64,000 nucleotides of DNA, from contig CAVXTM010000016.1 in NCBI GenBank assembly GCA_963764725.1, positions 1 through 64,000 of the forward strand, read 5' to 3'. Positions 50,022 through 59,784 of the stretch are shown here, one piece after another. This stretch comes from an uncultured Gammaproteobacteria bacterium (GTDB lineage Bacteria > Pseudomonadota > Gammaproteobacteria > JACCXJ01). Position numbers and translations under genes: made by a program. Each line of letters opens with the position of its first letter. Position 1 is the first letter of the stretch. Below the pieces are notes generated by a model that was not told the DNA's origin, ran no database searches, and saw only the letters and a program-made list of their open reading frames with translations.

Positions 50022-52293
50022 AGAACCCGATAACGCTCTGATCCATGCACTCTGTCGCGTAGCTTCTGCCACCCCGGTCGACGATACGTTCCGTTGCCTA
50101 GAGGCTGTCCTCTTCGGCCCGACGCCGAAAGACTCTCCCGAGTCAACGTTTGAATTGACCCGCTGCCAGCGAGCCGAAGAGGCCCTCGCCAGCGTAACAG
50201 CGACTCGTGCGGAAGGCCGCCCTTATTCGCTCGCTTTTATCAGCGGGCGCGACGGCATTTCGGCCGCCGAGCAAATTCACGCTTTGGATCCCGACATCAA
50301 TATCGTGATCGTGGCCGCGTCTGGGGATGTCGATTCACAGAAAATCGGAGCCCGCCTTCCGCCATCCGACAATGTCCTTTGTATTCAACAGCCCATCGAC
50401 GCACATGAGATCTACCGCTGCGCCGTGGCGCTCGCCGCGAAATGGAAGGTTGAACGAAAGTTGCGCTTCCACAGTGGCGATCTCGCGCGTTTAAACGGCC
50501 AGTTGCTAAAGGATATCTCTGCGCGCGAACAAGCCGAGGGGACCTTGCGTCTGCTTCATACCGCGATCGTGCACACACAAGATGTGACAGCGATCATGAC
50601 GGCAGCCCCCGACCCGCAAGATTCTCGCATCGTATACGTCAACCCGGCCGTGAGCCGGGTGCTGGGATACAGTCCGCAGGAAGCCATGGGTCAGGTACTC
50701 TCCGTGCTTTTCGGTCCGGAGACAGACCCCGCCGCACTAGAGCGGCTGCGGCATCAGTTAATCCAGGGTGAAGCCTTCGCCGGACAGCTCTGTGGCCTTC
50801 GTAAGGATGCCAGCGCCTTGGTGATGGATGTGAGGATTAATCCAGTCCCCAATGAGAAGGGCCATATCACCCACTACGTTGCGCTGATTCGGGACGTGAC
50901 CGAGGCCAGCCGGGCCGCCATAAAAGCCGCCTACCAGGCGGCGCATGATCCATTGACGGAGCTTCCGAACCGGCGCGAATTCGAGCGCCGTTTGGCGCTC
51001 ATGGTAGAGCACGCGCGCGAACACGGTAAGCAACACGCGCTTTGCTACATCGATCTCGATCAATTCAAGGTCGTCAACGATACCTGCGGTCATGGGGCGG
51101 GCGACGAGTTGCTGCGGCAGATTTCGGGAATATTAAAGAGCCGCTTGCGCGAGCGCGATACCTTGGCTCGATTGGGAGGAGACGAATTCGCCGTGCTTCT
51201 GGGAGAATGCTCGGTCAACCAAGCCCTGCGCGTCGCCAACGAACTGCGCGAGGTGATCCAAGACTACCGATTCTGTTGGACCAATAAGCTCTTTAAAGTG
51301 GGGGCCAGTATCGGCGTGGTGCCGTTCAGCAAAGCCTGTACCGGTGGTGAAAGCTTATTAAGCGCCGCGGACAGCGCCTGCATTACCGCCAAGGAAGAAG
51401 GGCGTAATCGGGTTCATCTCTACGGGCGCGAAACCATGGAGATCCCCCAGCGCCACGACGAAATGCAATGGATCCCAAGGTTACACCAAGCGCTGGCGGA
51501 TAACAGGTTTCAACTGTATTTCCAGCCTATCGTGCCGTTGGGCAGCGAATTCGAGGGCATGCACGGGGAGATACTAATCAGGATGATCGGTGAGGGCGGG
51601 GAGCTTATACTTCCGGGCGCGTTTATCCCCGCTGCGGAGCGTTACAATCAAATGCTCGCGATTGACCATTGGGTCGTGCGCTCAACCCTATCCGCTATTA
51701 GCCCCGTCCTACCGGGAGGGCTGTGTGTGTCGATTAATCTGTCTTCACAATCCATCAGCAACGCGGACTTCCTCCAATTTGTAATGGATGAACTTAGCAA
51801 ACATGACGTGCTGTCCAATCAGATAATATTTGAGATCACGGAGACCGCGGCAATTATCAATTTGAACGCGGCGATGAGTTTTATTACGACCTTAAAAGGC
51901 CGCGGCTGCCGCTTTGCCCTGGACGATTTTGGCAGCGGCCTATCATCCTTTGCTTATTTAAAAATACTCCCTATAGATTATCTAAAGATAGACGGCCGTT
52001 TTATTCAGGACATCACTCACGATCCGGTGGCCGCTACGATCGTCGAAGCGATATGCCGCATTGGCCATGTCATGGGGCTTGAGCTTGTCGCCGAATCCGT
52101 GGAATCACAGACCACCGTGGAGATGCTACGGAAGGTCGGCGTAAATTATGGACAAGGAAACGGGATTGCCCCGCCCATTCCCCTTCGTGATGCCATCAAG
52201 CACTTGATCCCGGCGGAAACGCCCTGCCCTCAGGATACCTTGGTTCGGCGCATGCGCGCGTGGCCTACCCAGGCTAGCACACACAGCGTGTAA
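49963..52293 (+). CDS. Degenerate REC-PAS-GGDEF-EAL protein
   Basis: PAS (YVNPA), HDPLTELPNRR, LARLGGDEF, EILIRM, FEITE, LDDFG. Confidence 0.92.
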   Translation: MATISTKSSRQLPRILIVTEEPDNALIHALCRVASATPVDDTFRCLEAVLFGPTPKDSPESTFELTRCQRAEEALASVTATRAEGRPYSLAFISGRDGISAAEQIHALDPDINIVIVAASGDVDSQKIGARLPPSDNVLCIQQPIDAHEIYRCAVALAAKWKVERKLRFHSGDLARLNGQLLKDISAREQAEGTLRLLHTAIVHTQDVTAIMTAAPDPQDSRIVYVNPAVSRVLGYSPQEAMGQVLSVLFGPETDPAALERLRHQLIQGEAFAGQLCGLRKDASALVMDVRINPVPNEKGHITHYVALIRDVTEASRAAIKAAYQAAHDPLTELPNRREFERRLALMVEHAREHGKQHALCYIDLDQFKVVNDTCGHGAGDELLRQISGILKSRLRERDTLARLGGDEFAVLLGECSVNQALRVANELREVIQDYRFCWTNKLFKVGASIGVVPFSKACTGGESLLSAADSACITAKEEGRNRVHLYGRETMEIPQRHDEMQWIPRLHQALADNRFQLYFQPIVPLGSEFEGMHGEILIRMIGEGGELILPGAFIPAAERYNQMLAIDHWVVRSTLSAISPVLPGGLCVSINLSSQSISNADFLQFVMDELSKHDVLSNQIIFEITETAAIINLNAAMSFITTLKGRGCRFALDDFGSGLSSFAYLKILPIDYLKIDGRFIQDITHDPVAATIVEAICRIGHVMGLELVAESVESQTTVEMLRKVGVNYGQGNGIAPPIPLRDAIKHLIPAETPCPQDTLVRRMRAWPTQASTHSV

Positions 52294-52593
52294 TTTCGAT
52301 CCTCCCCCTGACGCCGCGATCCAAGCACCCGGCCCGGCTTGCAGCGGCGAAGCGCTTCCGCCCGTGAATCGTGCATAAGTTACAAACCAGATGGTAATTT
52401 TTCGCAGAACTCTCTGTTCCCGTCGCCTATTCTAGCGAGCGTCATGACTACGCGCACCTAATCTTCCGGTGTTTACTGTCGATAGGGGGACATCGGTGTG
52501 TGCTAAATCCATTGGCGCACAATCCGCGTAGAGATCGGTGAGAATCCGGAACACATGCTCATGATGCGAACCGAGGTGACAGGGAAACGAGAG

Positions 52594-52794
52594 ATGAATA
52601 CGTTCGAGGCGATTGCGGCAAGCACCGGCGAGCTCGCGCGGCTGTTGAACCATCATTATGGAGATGGCACCGTCTATGTACCGAGCGGAGGATCGCTCCA
52701 GCTCTACCACACCTGCGTCGACGTTGGGCTGATTACCGAGGACGGGTTCATTACCCGCCAAGGCCGGGAGCTCATCGCCCGTTCTCTGACTTAG
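52594..52794 (+). CDS. Small hypothetical protein
   Basis: Protein-like ORF ending GLITEDGFITRQGRELI (wHTH-like tail). Confidence 0.55.
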   Translation: MNTFEAIAASTGELARLLNHHYGDGTVYVPSGGSLQLYHTCVDVGLITEDGFITRQGRELIARSLT

Positions 52795-52965
52795 CAGCGT
52801 CCTTAATCCCCCTATTACCGCTACGGTGCCCGGGGCGATATCAGTCACCGCGGCGCTACGCTCTCGCGCCGGCCCCAGAGTCACCCTACTCTGCCGCGCG
52901 CGTAAGCATGGCATTACGGGTTTTTTGTGTCTATCATGGGCGGCCTTTGGCAAGGAGAGAATGAC

Positions 52966-53235
52966 ATGAGCTTTGCGGAGCATTTTCAGAACGGCGAGAC
53001 CTGGAAGCGAGGCGCTTACATGTTGCTGTTTGCGGTTATCTATACCGTCGCCGAGATCGTCGCTTGGGGAGTCGCGCTGTTCCAGTTCGGTTCAAAGCTC
53101 GTCACCGGGGACATCAATCCGCGCCTCGTGGATTTTGGCCAGCGGCTCAGTACCTATATCTATCAGCTATTGGTGTACGTGACCTTCAAGTCGGACGATA
53201 AGCCTTATCCCTTCAGCGATTGGCCCGCGGCGTAG
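52966..53235 (+). CDS. DUF4389-family membrane protein
   Basis: W.R..YMLLF, FGQRLS.YIYQ, KPYPFSDWP; AAGGAG RBS. Confidence 0.85.
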   Translation: MSFAEHFQNGETWKRGAYMLLFAVIYTVAEIVAWGVALFQFGSKLVTGDINPRLVDFGQRLSTYIYQLLVYVTFKSDDKPYPFSDWPAA

Positions 53236-53263
53236 TGACGCGTTTACTTTAAACCCATTTGTC

Positions 53264-56200
53264 ATGGAGTTTTCCGAACGCGTCCCGCCGTACCCCGCGG
53301 CCGGCGTCTCAGCGTCCGCGCAAGTAAGTCTAGCGCTCGGATTTACCGCCTTTGCGTATGTGGACTTATACGAGCCTCACCGGCTCAGGGATCTGCTTGC
53401 GGTTTTCGATGATTACGTCGCGGATCGAGACCCCGCTCTGTCTGCCGAGTTCGGCCAATACCGCGCCACATTGGGCGCAGGACTGCCGCCACAAACGATA
53501 TCGGACTTGCTCGTGCGCATGGCGCCCTACGTCGGCGAATTCGTCGCCAAGCTCTTCGGCGTCGCGAGCGAGCGCGACCGCCAGCGTGCTGCCATACAAG
53601 AAGAACTGGACACGGTTTTTGTCTTCCGCAACGAAGTCTTGGCGCAAGCGCAAGAAAAGTTCAGGCCGGAGGATCTCATCACCTGGGACCTCCAACAATT
53701 GCAGCGGCAAATCGAGATTCTAAAACACATCATCGCTCCCGGTGTCCACGCGAGCGATCCTGAACGGGCCCTCGCCGGTGTCGCGAGCAAGCTATGGCGT
53801 CTGCGGCAGCGCTGCGCCGCGGGTATCTCTAGACAAGAACCGGCGGACAAGCACTTAGATCAAGACCTGTGCGCCGTTCGCACCGGTATCGAAGCCGACC
53901 CCGAAGCCCGGGTGACCTTTGCCGATTGCTTGACCGAAACGTGCGCGCACGCGTTCGTCCTTCGGCTGCTCGATCGCATCGAGCGCTGGAGCTTCGCCGC
54001 ACGGCACGATGCGGGAATAAACGCAACGGTGGCGAATTGGGTGAGCTTCAAGCACGCTCGAAAAACGGACTTCCAGCACCTGGTCCATGCCGAGCAGCTC
54101 CAACGCGACGGCTATAAGGTTCTCAGCGGACCGATGGCGCGACGTCGGCGGCGCGACGGCTTTGCTCTGACCGATCCCCGCCACGACGAGCGCCACGTGC
54201 TTTATGAAATAGATCACTGTATCTATTGTCACGACCGCGATACCGATTCCTGTTCCAAGGGCATGCGAAACCGCAGAGACGGGAGCTACAAGATCAACCC
54301 GCTCGGGGTGACGATCACGGGCTGCCCGCTGGAGGAGAAGATCTCCGAAATGCACGTGCTCAAGCGGCAGGGGGACAATATTGGAGCGCTCGCGCTCATC
54401 ATGATCGACAACCCGATGTGCCCGGGCACGGGCCACAGGATCTGTAACGACTGCATGAAGGGATGCATCTACCAGAAGACCGAGCCCGTCAATATTCCAC
54501 AGATCGAAACCAACGTCCTGACCGAGGTCTTGTTCATGCCGTGGGGGTTCGAGATCTACGGGCTTTTCACGCGCTGGAATCCGCTCAATGTCAAACGCTC
54601 CGTGGCCCTGCCCTATAACGGTAAGAATGTGCTCATCGCCGGCCTCGGCCCCGCCGGCTACACCTTGGCCCACTACCTACTCAACGAGGGGTTCGGCGTG
54701 GTCGGCATCGATGGTTTGAAGATCGAGCCTCTGCCGCGAGACCTGAGCGGCGATTGGGATCAACCACCGCTGCCGGTCCGGGATTTTGGCGAGCTTTACG
54801 AGGACTTGGATACCCGCGTCATGACGGGTTTCGGCGGGGTAGCGGAATACGGAATCACCGTGCGTTGGGACAAGAACTTCCTCAAAGTCATTTATCTCAC
54901 ACTCGCCCGGCGGCGGACGTTTCGCTGTTACGGCGGCATCCGTTTCGGCGGCACGCTGACAATCAACGAGGCTTGGGATCTCGGGTTTCACCATATCGCC
55001 GTCGCGAGCGGCGCCGGCAAACCCACGATCATCGAGCTTGCGAATAACCTCATGCGGGGGATCCGCAAGGCTTCGGATTTTCTCATGGCGCTGCAACTGA
55101 CCGGCGCCGCCAAACATTCATCCCTCGCCAACCTTCAGGTGCGGTTGCCCGCCGGCGTCATTGGCGGCGGACTCACGGCGATCGACACGGCGACCGAACT
55201 GCTCGCTTATTATCCGGTGCAGGTCGAGAAGGTCCTGCACCGTTATGAAGTGCTGGCGAGGCGTTATGAAGAGCAATCCGTGCGTGCCCGTTACGACGAC
55301 GAGGAACTGCTGATCCTGGATGAATTACTTGATCACGGACGCACCATACGCGCCGAGCGCTCGCGCGCTCTTGCGGCCGGCGAAACCCCGAATTTCCTGC
55401 CGTTGCTCGAACAATGGGGGGGCGTGACATTATTCTACCGAAAGGGTCTGCGCGACGCCCCGGCGTACAGACAGAACCACGAGGAGATCGAAAAGGCGCT
55501 GGAAGAAGGCATTGCCCTCGCGGAAGGCATGAGTCCTAGCGAGGCCATAGGCGATCGCTTCGGCCATCTGCGGGCGGTGCGTTTCGAGCGTCTGACTCCA
55601 AAGGACGGTCGCTGGATCGCCGCAGACGATGCGGTTGAAGTGCCGCTGCGCAGCCTTTTCATTGCCGCCGGCACCTCGCCCAATACTATCTATGAAAGCG
55701 AACACCCCGGCAGTTTCGAGATGGACACCAAGGCCCACTTCTACCAAAGATTCGAGCCGAATGCGTGCGGGCTGGAAGCGATGCACGATCTCACCGCGCC
55801 GAAAGTCGGCAAGCGCGCGCCCTTCACTTCGTATCGGCGGCAAGGTAAGTTTATTACTTTCTATGGGGACAACCATCCAGTGTACGCGGGGAACGTTGTC
55901 AAAGCGATGGCCAGCGCCCGTGACGGCTATCCGTACATCGTGAGATTGTTCGAACACGAGCTGCGCCAACTCGATCCGGCCGATCAGCGCTACCGCGATC
56001 GAGCGCTGCGGGCGTTTCACGCCACGCTCGATGAGTCACTGCTCGCGACCGTGGTGGCGGTCCAGCGGCTCACGCCCACCATCCTCGAGATCGTGGTCCA
56101 CGCGCCGATGCAAGCGCGCAAGTTTCGTCCCGGTCAGTTTTATCGAATTCAAAACTTCGAGACGCTTGCCCCGCGGATGGAAGGCACTGTTTTAGCTGCG

Positions 56201-57022
56201 GAAGGCTTGGCGCTCACCGGCGCCTCGGTGGACAAGGAGAAGGGCTTGATAACACTGATCACCCTCGAGATGGGAAGCTCCTCCCGGCTCTGCCGGTTGT
56301 GGCAACCTGGGGATCCGGTTGTTGTGATGGGCGTCACCGGCGCGCCGACCGACATCCCTTCCGGTAAAACCGTCGTGCTCGCGGGCGGCGGATTGGGCAA
56401 TGCGGTGCTGTTCTCGATCGGTAAAGCCTTGCGCGCGGCCGGCAATCGAGTGATCTATTTCGCCGGTTACAAGAGCCGCGATGATGTCTTCAAGGTCGAG
56501 GACATCGAGGCCGCAGCGGATGTGATCGTGTGGTCCGTGGATCCCGCGCCCACGGCCCGGACGATCGCGATCACGCGGCCCCAGGACAAGAGTTTCATAG
56601 GTAACATCCTCGATGCCATGGTGGCCTATGCCAAGGGCAAGCTCGGAGATACGCCGATCCATCTGGATGATGTGGACCATATCATTGCCATCGGTTCCGA
56701 TCGCATGATGGCGGCCGTGAAAGAAGCCCGCAATGGAATACTGAAGCCCTATCTGAAACCTAAGCACGTCGCCATCGGCTCGATCAACTCTCCGATGCAG
56801 TGCATGATGAAGGGCGTATGCGCGCAATGCCTGTGCAAGCACGTCGATCCCAGTACTGGCCAGGAATACTTTGTCTATTCGTGTTACAACCAGGACCAAG
56901 AGCTCGATCGTGTCGACTTTCCGCACTTGAATGCGCGGCTGCGGCAGAACTCTGTTCAGGAAAAGCTCTCCGCGCTGTGGTTGGACTACCTGTTGGAGAA
57001 ACGCGGCACTCCCAGCGTCTGA
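53264..57022 (+). CDS. Large Fe-S flavoprotein: GltD/NfnB-like domain fused to a C-terminal FNR/NfnA(PyrK)-like domain
   Basis: CIYCH...CSKG...GCP, MCPGTGHRICNDCMKGC, GLGPAG, GGGLTAID; C-terminal PGQFY, GGGLGNA, SPMQCMMKGVCAQC...SC. Confidence 0.88.
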   Translation: MEFSERVPPYPAAGVSASAQVSLALGFTAFAYVDLYEPHRLRDLLAVFDDYVADRDPALSAEFGQYRATLGAGLPPQTISDLLVRMAPYVGEFVAKLFGVASERDRQRAAIQEELDTVFVFRNEVLAQAQEKFRPEDLITWDLQQLQRQIEILKHIIAPGVHASDPERALAGVASKLWRLRQRCAAGISRQEPADKHLDQDLCAVRTGIEADPEARVTFADCLTETCAHAFVLRLLDRIERWSFAARHDAGINATVANWVSFKHARKTDFQHLVHAEQLQRDGYKVLSGPMARRRRRDGFALTDPRHDERHVLYEIDHCIYCHDRDTDSCSKGMRNRRDGSYKINPLGVTITGCPLEEKISEMHVLKRQGDNIGALALIMIDNPMCPGTGHRICNDCMKGCIYQKTEPVNIPQIETNVLTEVLFMPWGFEIYGLFTRWNPLNVKRSVALPYNGKNVLIAGLGPAGYTLAHYLLNEGFGVVGIDGLKIEPLPRDLSGDWDQPPLPVRDFGELYEDLDTRVMTGFGGVAEYGITVRWDKNFLKVIYLTLARRRTFRCYGGIRFGGTLTINEAWDLGFHHIAVASGAGKPTIIELANNLMRGIRKASDFLMALQLTGAAKHSSLANLQVRLPAGVIGGGLTAIDTATELLAYYPVQVEKVLHRYEVLARRYEEQSVRARYDDEELLILDELLDHGRTIRAERSRALAAGETPNFLPLLEQWGGVTLFYRKGLRDAPAYRQNHEEIEKALEEGIALAEGMSPSEAIGDRFGHLRAVRFERLTPKDGRWIAADDAVEVPLRSLFIAAGTSPNTIYESEHPGSFEMDTKAHFYQRFEPNACGLEAMHDLTAPKVGKRAPFTSYRRQGKFITFYGDNHPVYAGNVVKAMASARDGYPYIVRLFEHELRQLDPADQRYRDRALRAFHATLDESLLATVVAVQRLTPTILEIVVHAPMQARKFRPGQFYRIQNFETLAPRMEGTVLAAEGLALTGASVDKEKGLITLITLEMGSSSRLCRLWQPGDPVVVMGVTGAPTDIPSGKTVVLAGGGLGNAVLFSIGKALRAAGNRVIYFAGYKSRDDVFKVEDIEAAADVIVWSVDPAPTARTIAITRPQDKSFIGNILDAMVAYAKGKLGDTPIHLDDVDHIIAIGSDRMMAAVKEARNGILKPYLKPKHVAIGSINSPMQCMMKGVCAQCLCKHVDPSTGQEYFVYSCYNQDQELDRVDFPHLNARLRQNSVQEKLSALWLDYLLEKRGTPSV

Positions 57023-57027
57023 ATCGC

Positions 57028-57777
57028 ATGCAGGGCCGCGTACTGGTCATCGCCGGGTCCGATTCGAGCGGTGGGGCCGGAATTCAGGCCGACATTACGA
57101 CCATCGCGGCCCTCGGCGGTCGCGCGGCCACCGCGATCACCGCGCTGACGGCGCAAAACACGCGGCGCGTCCACGCGATCGTCGGCATCGAACCCGATTT
57201 CGTCGCCCGCCAAGCGGAGGCCGTGCTCCGAGGCATCGGCGCCGACTGCATCAAGACCGGCATGCTCTACAGCGCGGAGATCATTGACGCCGTCTGCGAT
57301 CTGATCGAAGCGCGAGCACCCGACCTACCCTGGGTGGTCGATCCGGTGATGCTTGCGACTAGCGGTGCGACGCTTCTCGATCCTCCGGGGATCGGGCGTT
57401 TGGTGGGGCGCGTTTTCCCGCACGCGGCTGTTTTGACCCCCAATGTTCCTGAGGCCGAGCGGCTCACGGGCATGCGCATTACCACCGACGAACACATGAT
57501 CGCCGCCGCCAAGCACTTGCTCGGACAAGGTCCTAAGGCGATACTATTGAAAGGCGGTCACAGATCTGGGGATACTATCAGCGATTTCCTGGTCACCGAC
57601 GCGGACCTCCAAGTATTTCAACATCCTCGCATCGAAACGCCGCACTTGCGCGGCACGGGATGCACGCTGGGCTCCGCCGTCGCCACCGGCTTGGCCCAAG
57701 GCATGACCATTGGCTCGGCGGTGGCGCGCGCGACGGAGTACGTGCTGTACCGGCTAAGGTTCGGCAATTCCAAATGA
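57028..57777 (+). CDS. thiD: Hydroxymethylpyrimidine/phosphomethylpyrimidine kinase
   Basis: IAGSDSSGGAGIQAD, KTGML, VVDPVM, TPN, LKGGH, GTGCTL. Confidence 0.93.
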   Translation: MQGRVLVIAGSDSSGGAGIQADITTIAALGGRAATAITALTAQNTRRVHAIVGIEPDFVARQAEAVLRGIGADCIKTGMLYSAEIIDAVCDLIEARAPDLPWVVDPVMLATSGATLLDPPGIGRLVGRVFPHAAVLTPNVPEAERLTGMRITTDEHMIAAAKHLLGQGPKAILLKGGHRSGDTISDFLVTDADLQVFQHPRIETPHLRGTGCTLGSAVATGLAQGMTIGSAVARATEYVLYRLRFGNSK

Positions 57778-57871
57778 CATCTAGCTTGCTCTTCGGGCAG
57801 AGAAGGAGCCGGTAGCGTTGGGTCCGGCTAAGGAGTTCGGAAGCGATTCCACCCGCCGGTGCTCCATGGCG

Positions 57872-59638
57872 CTACAAAACCACCGGCTCCCACCCGAGTT
57901 CATCCACGATTCGGAACAGGTCCGTGTCGCTCACGATACCGACGGGCAAACCGCTCTGTTCGACGACCACACGGCGAATATGCGACTCCACCATCCTGGA
58001 GGCGCACTCTTGCAAGGACATGTCGATAGGCACCGTAACCAGAGGTTTGGTAGCGATCTCCTCCACCTTGACGCGCGCCGGGGAACGATTAGCGTGAATA
58101 ATCCGGCCGATGATATCCCGCTGGGTCATGATTGCCCACAGGCCATCCCTGCCGGGTTCCACGACCACGCTGCTGATGCCGTGCTCGCGCATCAAGTGCA
58201 TCACTTGATCGACGAATACCCCGGGCTTCACGGTCCTGATGTGACTCATGATGTCGGCCACCGTATGCGGCGTGCGTCCCGAGGCGCGCATTTCGACGAA
58301 GGGCTCCGCCATGCGCCGCGCCTCGCGCTCTTCCCTCTCGGATTGAATGGCCGCGTACCACTCCCTGCGCCGCGCCTCGATATCGACCTTCGCCTGCATC
58401 TGATCGATCAACGCATCCGCGAATCGGCTCGTTGAAACTGCCGTCGCGCCGTCCATCAAGCGCGCAAAATCATAGGTCACGATCTTCCGCTGAATGACTT
58501 CGGGATACGCGAAGGTAATGAGATCCGCCACCTCGTTCCAGCCGAGGTATTCGAACATCATGACGCCGCTGAACAAGAGCGAGCCGGGGTTGACCTTATC
58601 CTGGTTAGCGTATTTGGGCGCCGTGCCATGGGTGGCCTCGAAGACCGCCACGAAGTCGGCCATGTTCGCGCCCGGGGCGATCCCCACCCCGCCCACCTCG
58701 GCGGCGATGGCGTCGGAGAGATAGTCGCCATTGAGGTTCGTGGTCGCAATCACGTCGAACTCGTTCGGCCGAAGCAACATCAGTTGAAACATGATATCCG
58801 CGATTCGGTCCTTGATAACCACCTTGTCCTTGGGTTGCTTACCGCCGTGCACGCTGTAAAGATCGGCCTCGGTGATGGTCCGATCGCCGAACTCCTCGCG
58901 CGCAACCTCATAGCCCCAGTTGCGGAACGCGCCTTCCGTATACTTCTGAATATTCCCTTTATGTACGAGCGTGACGCTCTCGCGGCCGTGATCCAGAGCA
59001 TACTGGATCGCCTTGCGAACCAGGCGTTTGCTGCCAAAGGCACTGATCGGTTTGATGCCGATTCCGGAGTCTTCGAAGAATTTGGCCCCCATCTCATCCT
59101 TCAGGAACTGCTCGACCCTTCTGGCTTCGGCGCTCCCGGCCTGATATTCGATCCCCGCGTAAACGTCTTCGGTATTTTCGCGAAAGATCACCACATCCAC
59201 GAATTCCGGCTGGCGCATAGGCGAAGGCACCCCCGGGTAATACCGGATCGGGCGTACGCAAGCATAGAGGTCCAAGTCCTGGCGCAGAGCCACGTTCAGC
59301 GAGCGAAATCCGGCTCCCACGGGTGTGGTGAGCGGTCCCTTGATCGACACGATGGTCTGCTGTAATGCCTCCTTCACCTCGTCGGGAAAGACATTGCCGT
59401 CGTATTTCTCGGCAGCCTTTTCGCCCATGTAGACTTCCATCCAATGAACCTTGCGCTGGCCGCCGTAGGCCTGTTCGATCGCCGCATCCCAAACCCGCAG
59501 ACAAGCCCGCATGATATCCGGACCGATACCGTCACCTTCGACATAAGCGAGGATGGGATGATCGGGGATGACGAGCCGGCCGTTCTCAATGGATAGGCGT
59601 TGACCCTGCTGCGGAAACTCGACGTGTTGATAGGGCAT
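57872..59638 (-). CDS. icd: NADP-dependent isocitrate dehydrogenase with C-terminal CBS-pair fusion
   Basis: EGDGIGPD, KGPLTTP, RSLNVALRQ, RENTED, HKGNI, NLNGDY, EATHGTAPKY; then a charged helical linker and two CBS repeats. Confidence 0.95.
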   Translation of the reverse strand: MPYQHVEFPQQGQRLSIENGRLVIPDHPILAYVEGDGIGPDIMRACLRVWDAAIEQAYGGQRKVHWMEVYMGEKAAEKYDGNVFPDEVKEALQQTIVSIKGPLTTPVGAGFRSLNVALRQDLDLYACVRPIRYYPGVPSPMRQPEFVDVVIFRENTEDVYAGIEYQAGSAEARRVEQFLKDEMGAKFFEDSGIGIKPISAFGSKRLVRKAIQYALDHGRESVTLVHKGNIQKYTEGAFRNWGYEVAREEFGDRTITEADLYSVHGGKQPKDKVVIKDRIADIMFQLMLLRPNEFDVIATTNLNGDYLSDAIAAEVGGVGIAPGANMADFVAVFEATHGTAPKYANQDKVNPGSLLFSGVMMFEYLGWNEVADLITFAYPEVIQRKIVTYDFARLMDGATAVSTSRFADALIDQMQAKVDIEARRREWYAAIQSEREEREARRMAEPFVEMRASGRTPHTVADIMSHIRTVKPGVFVDQVMHLMREHGISSVVVEPGRDGLWAIMTQRDIIGRIIHANRSPARVKVEEIATKPLVTVPIDMSLQECASRMVESHIRRVVVEQSGLPVGIVSDTDLFRIVDELGWEPVVL

Positions 59639-59784
59639 TTGACCGACGACCGAATAAGCTCGTAGTGCGCGGCGATTGCTTGCTCCCGGACGGCCGTGCG
59701 ATGCGGGACATTTTCCGCCGTCACGCCGACAATGTCCACGCTGGCGGCGATGCCCCTGCTATCTGACTGCGATTTCCCGGTGTT

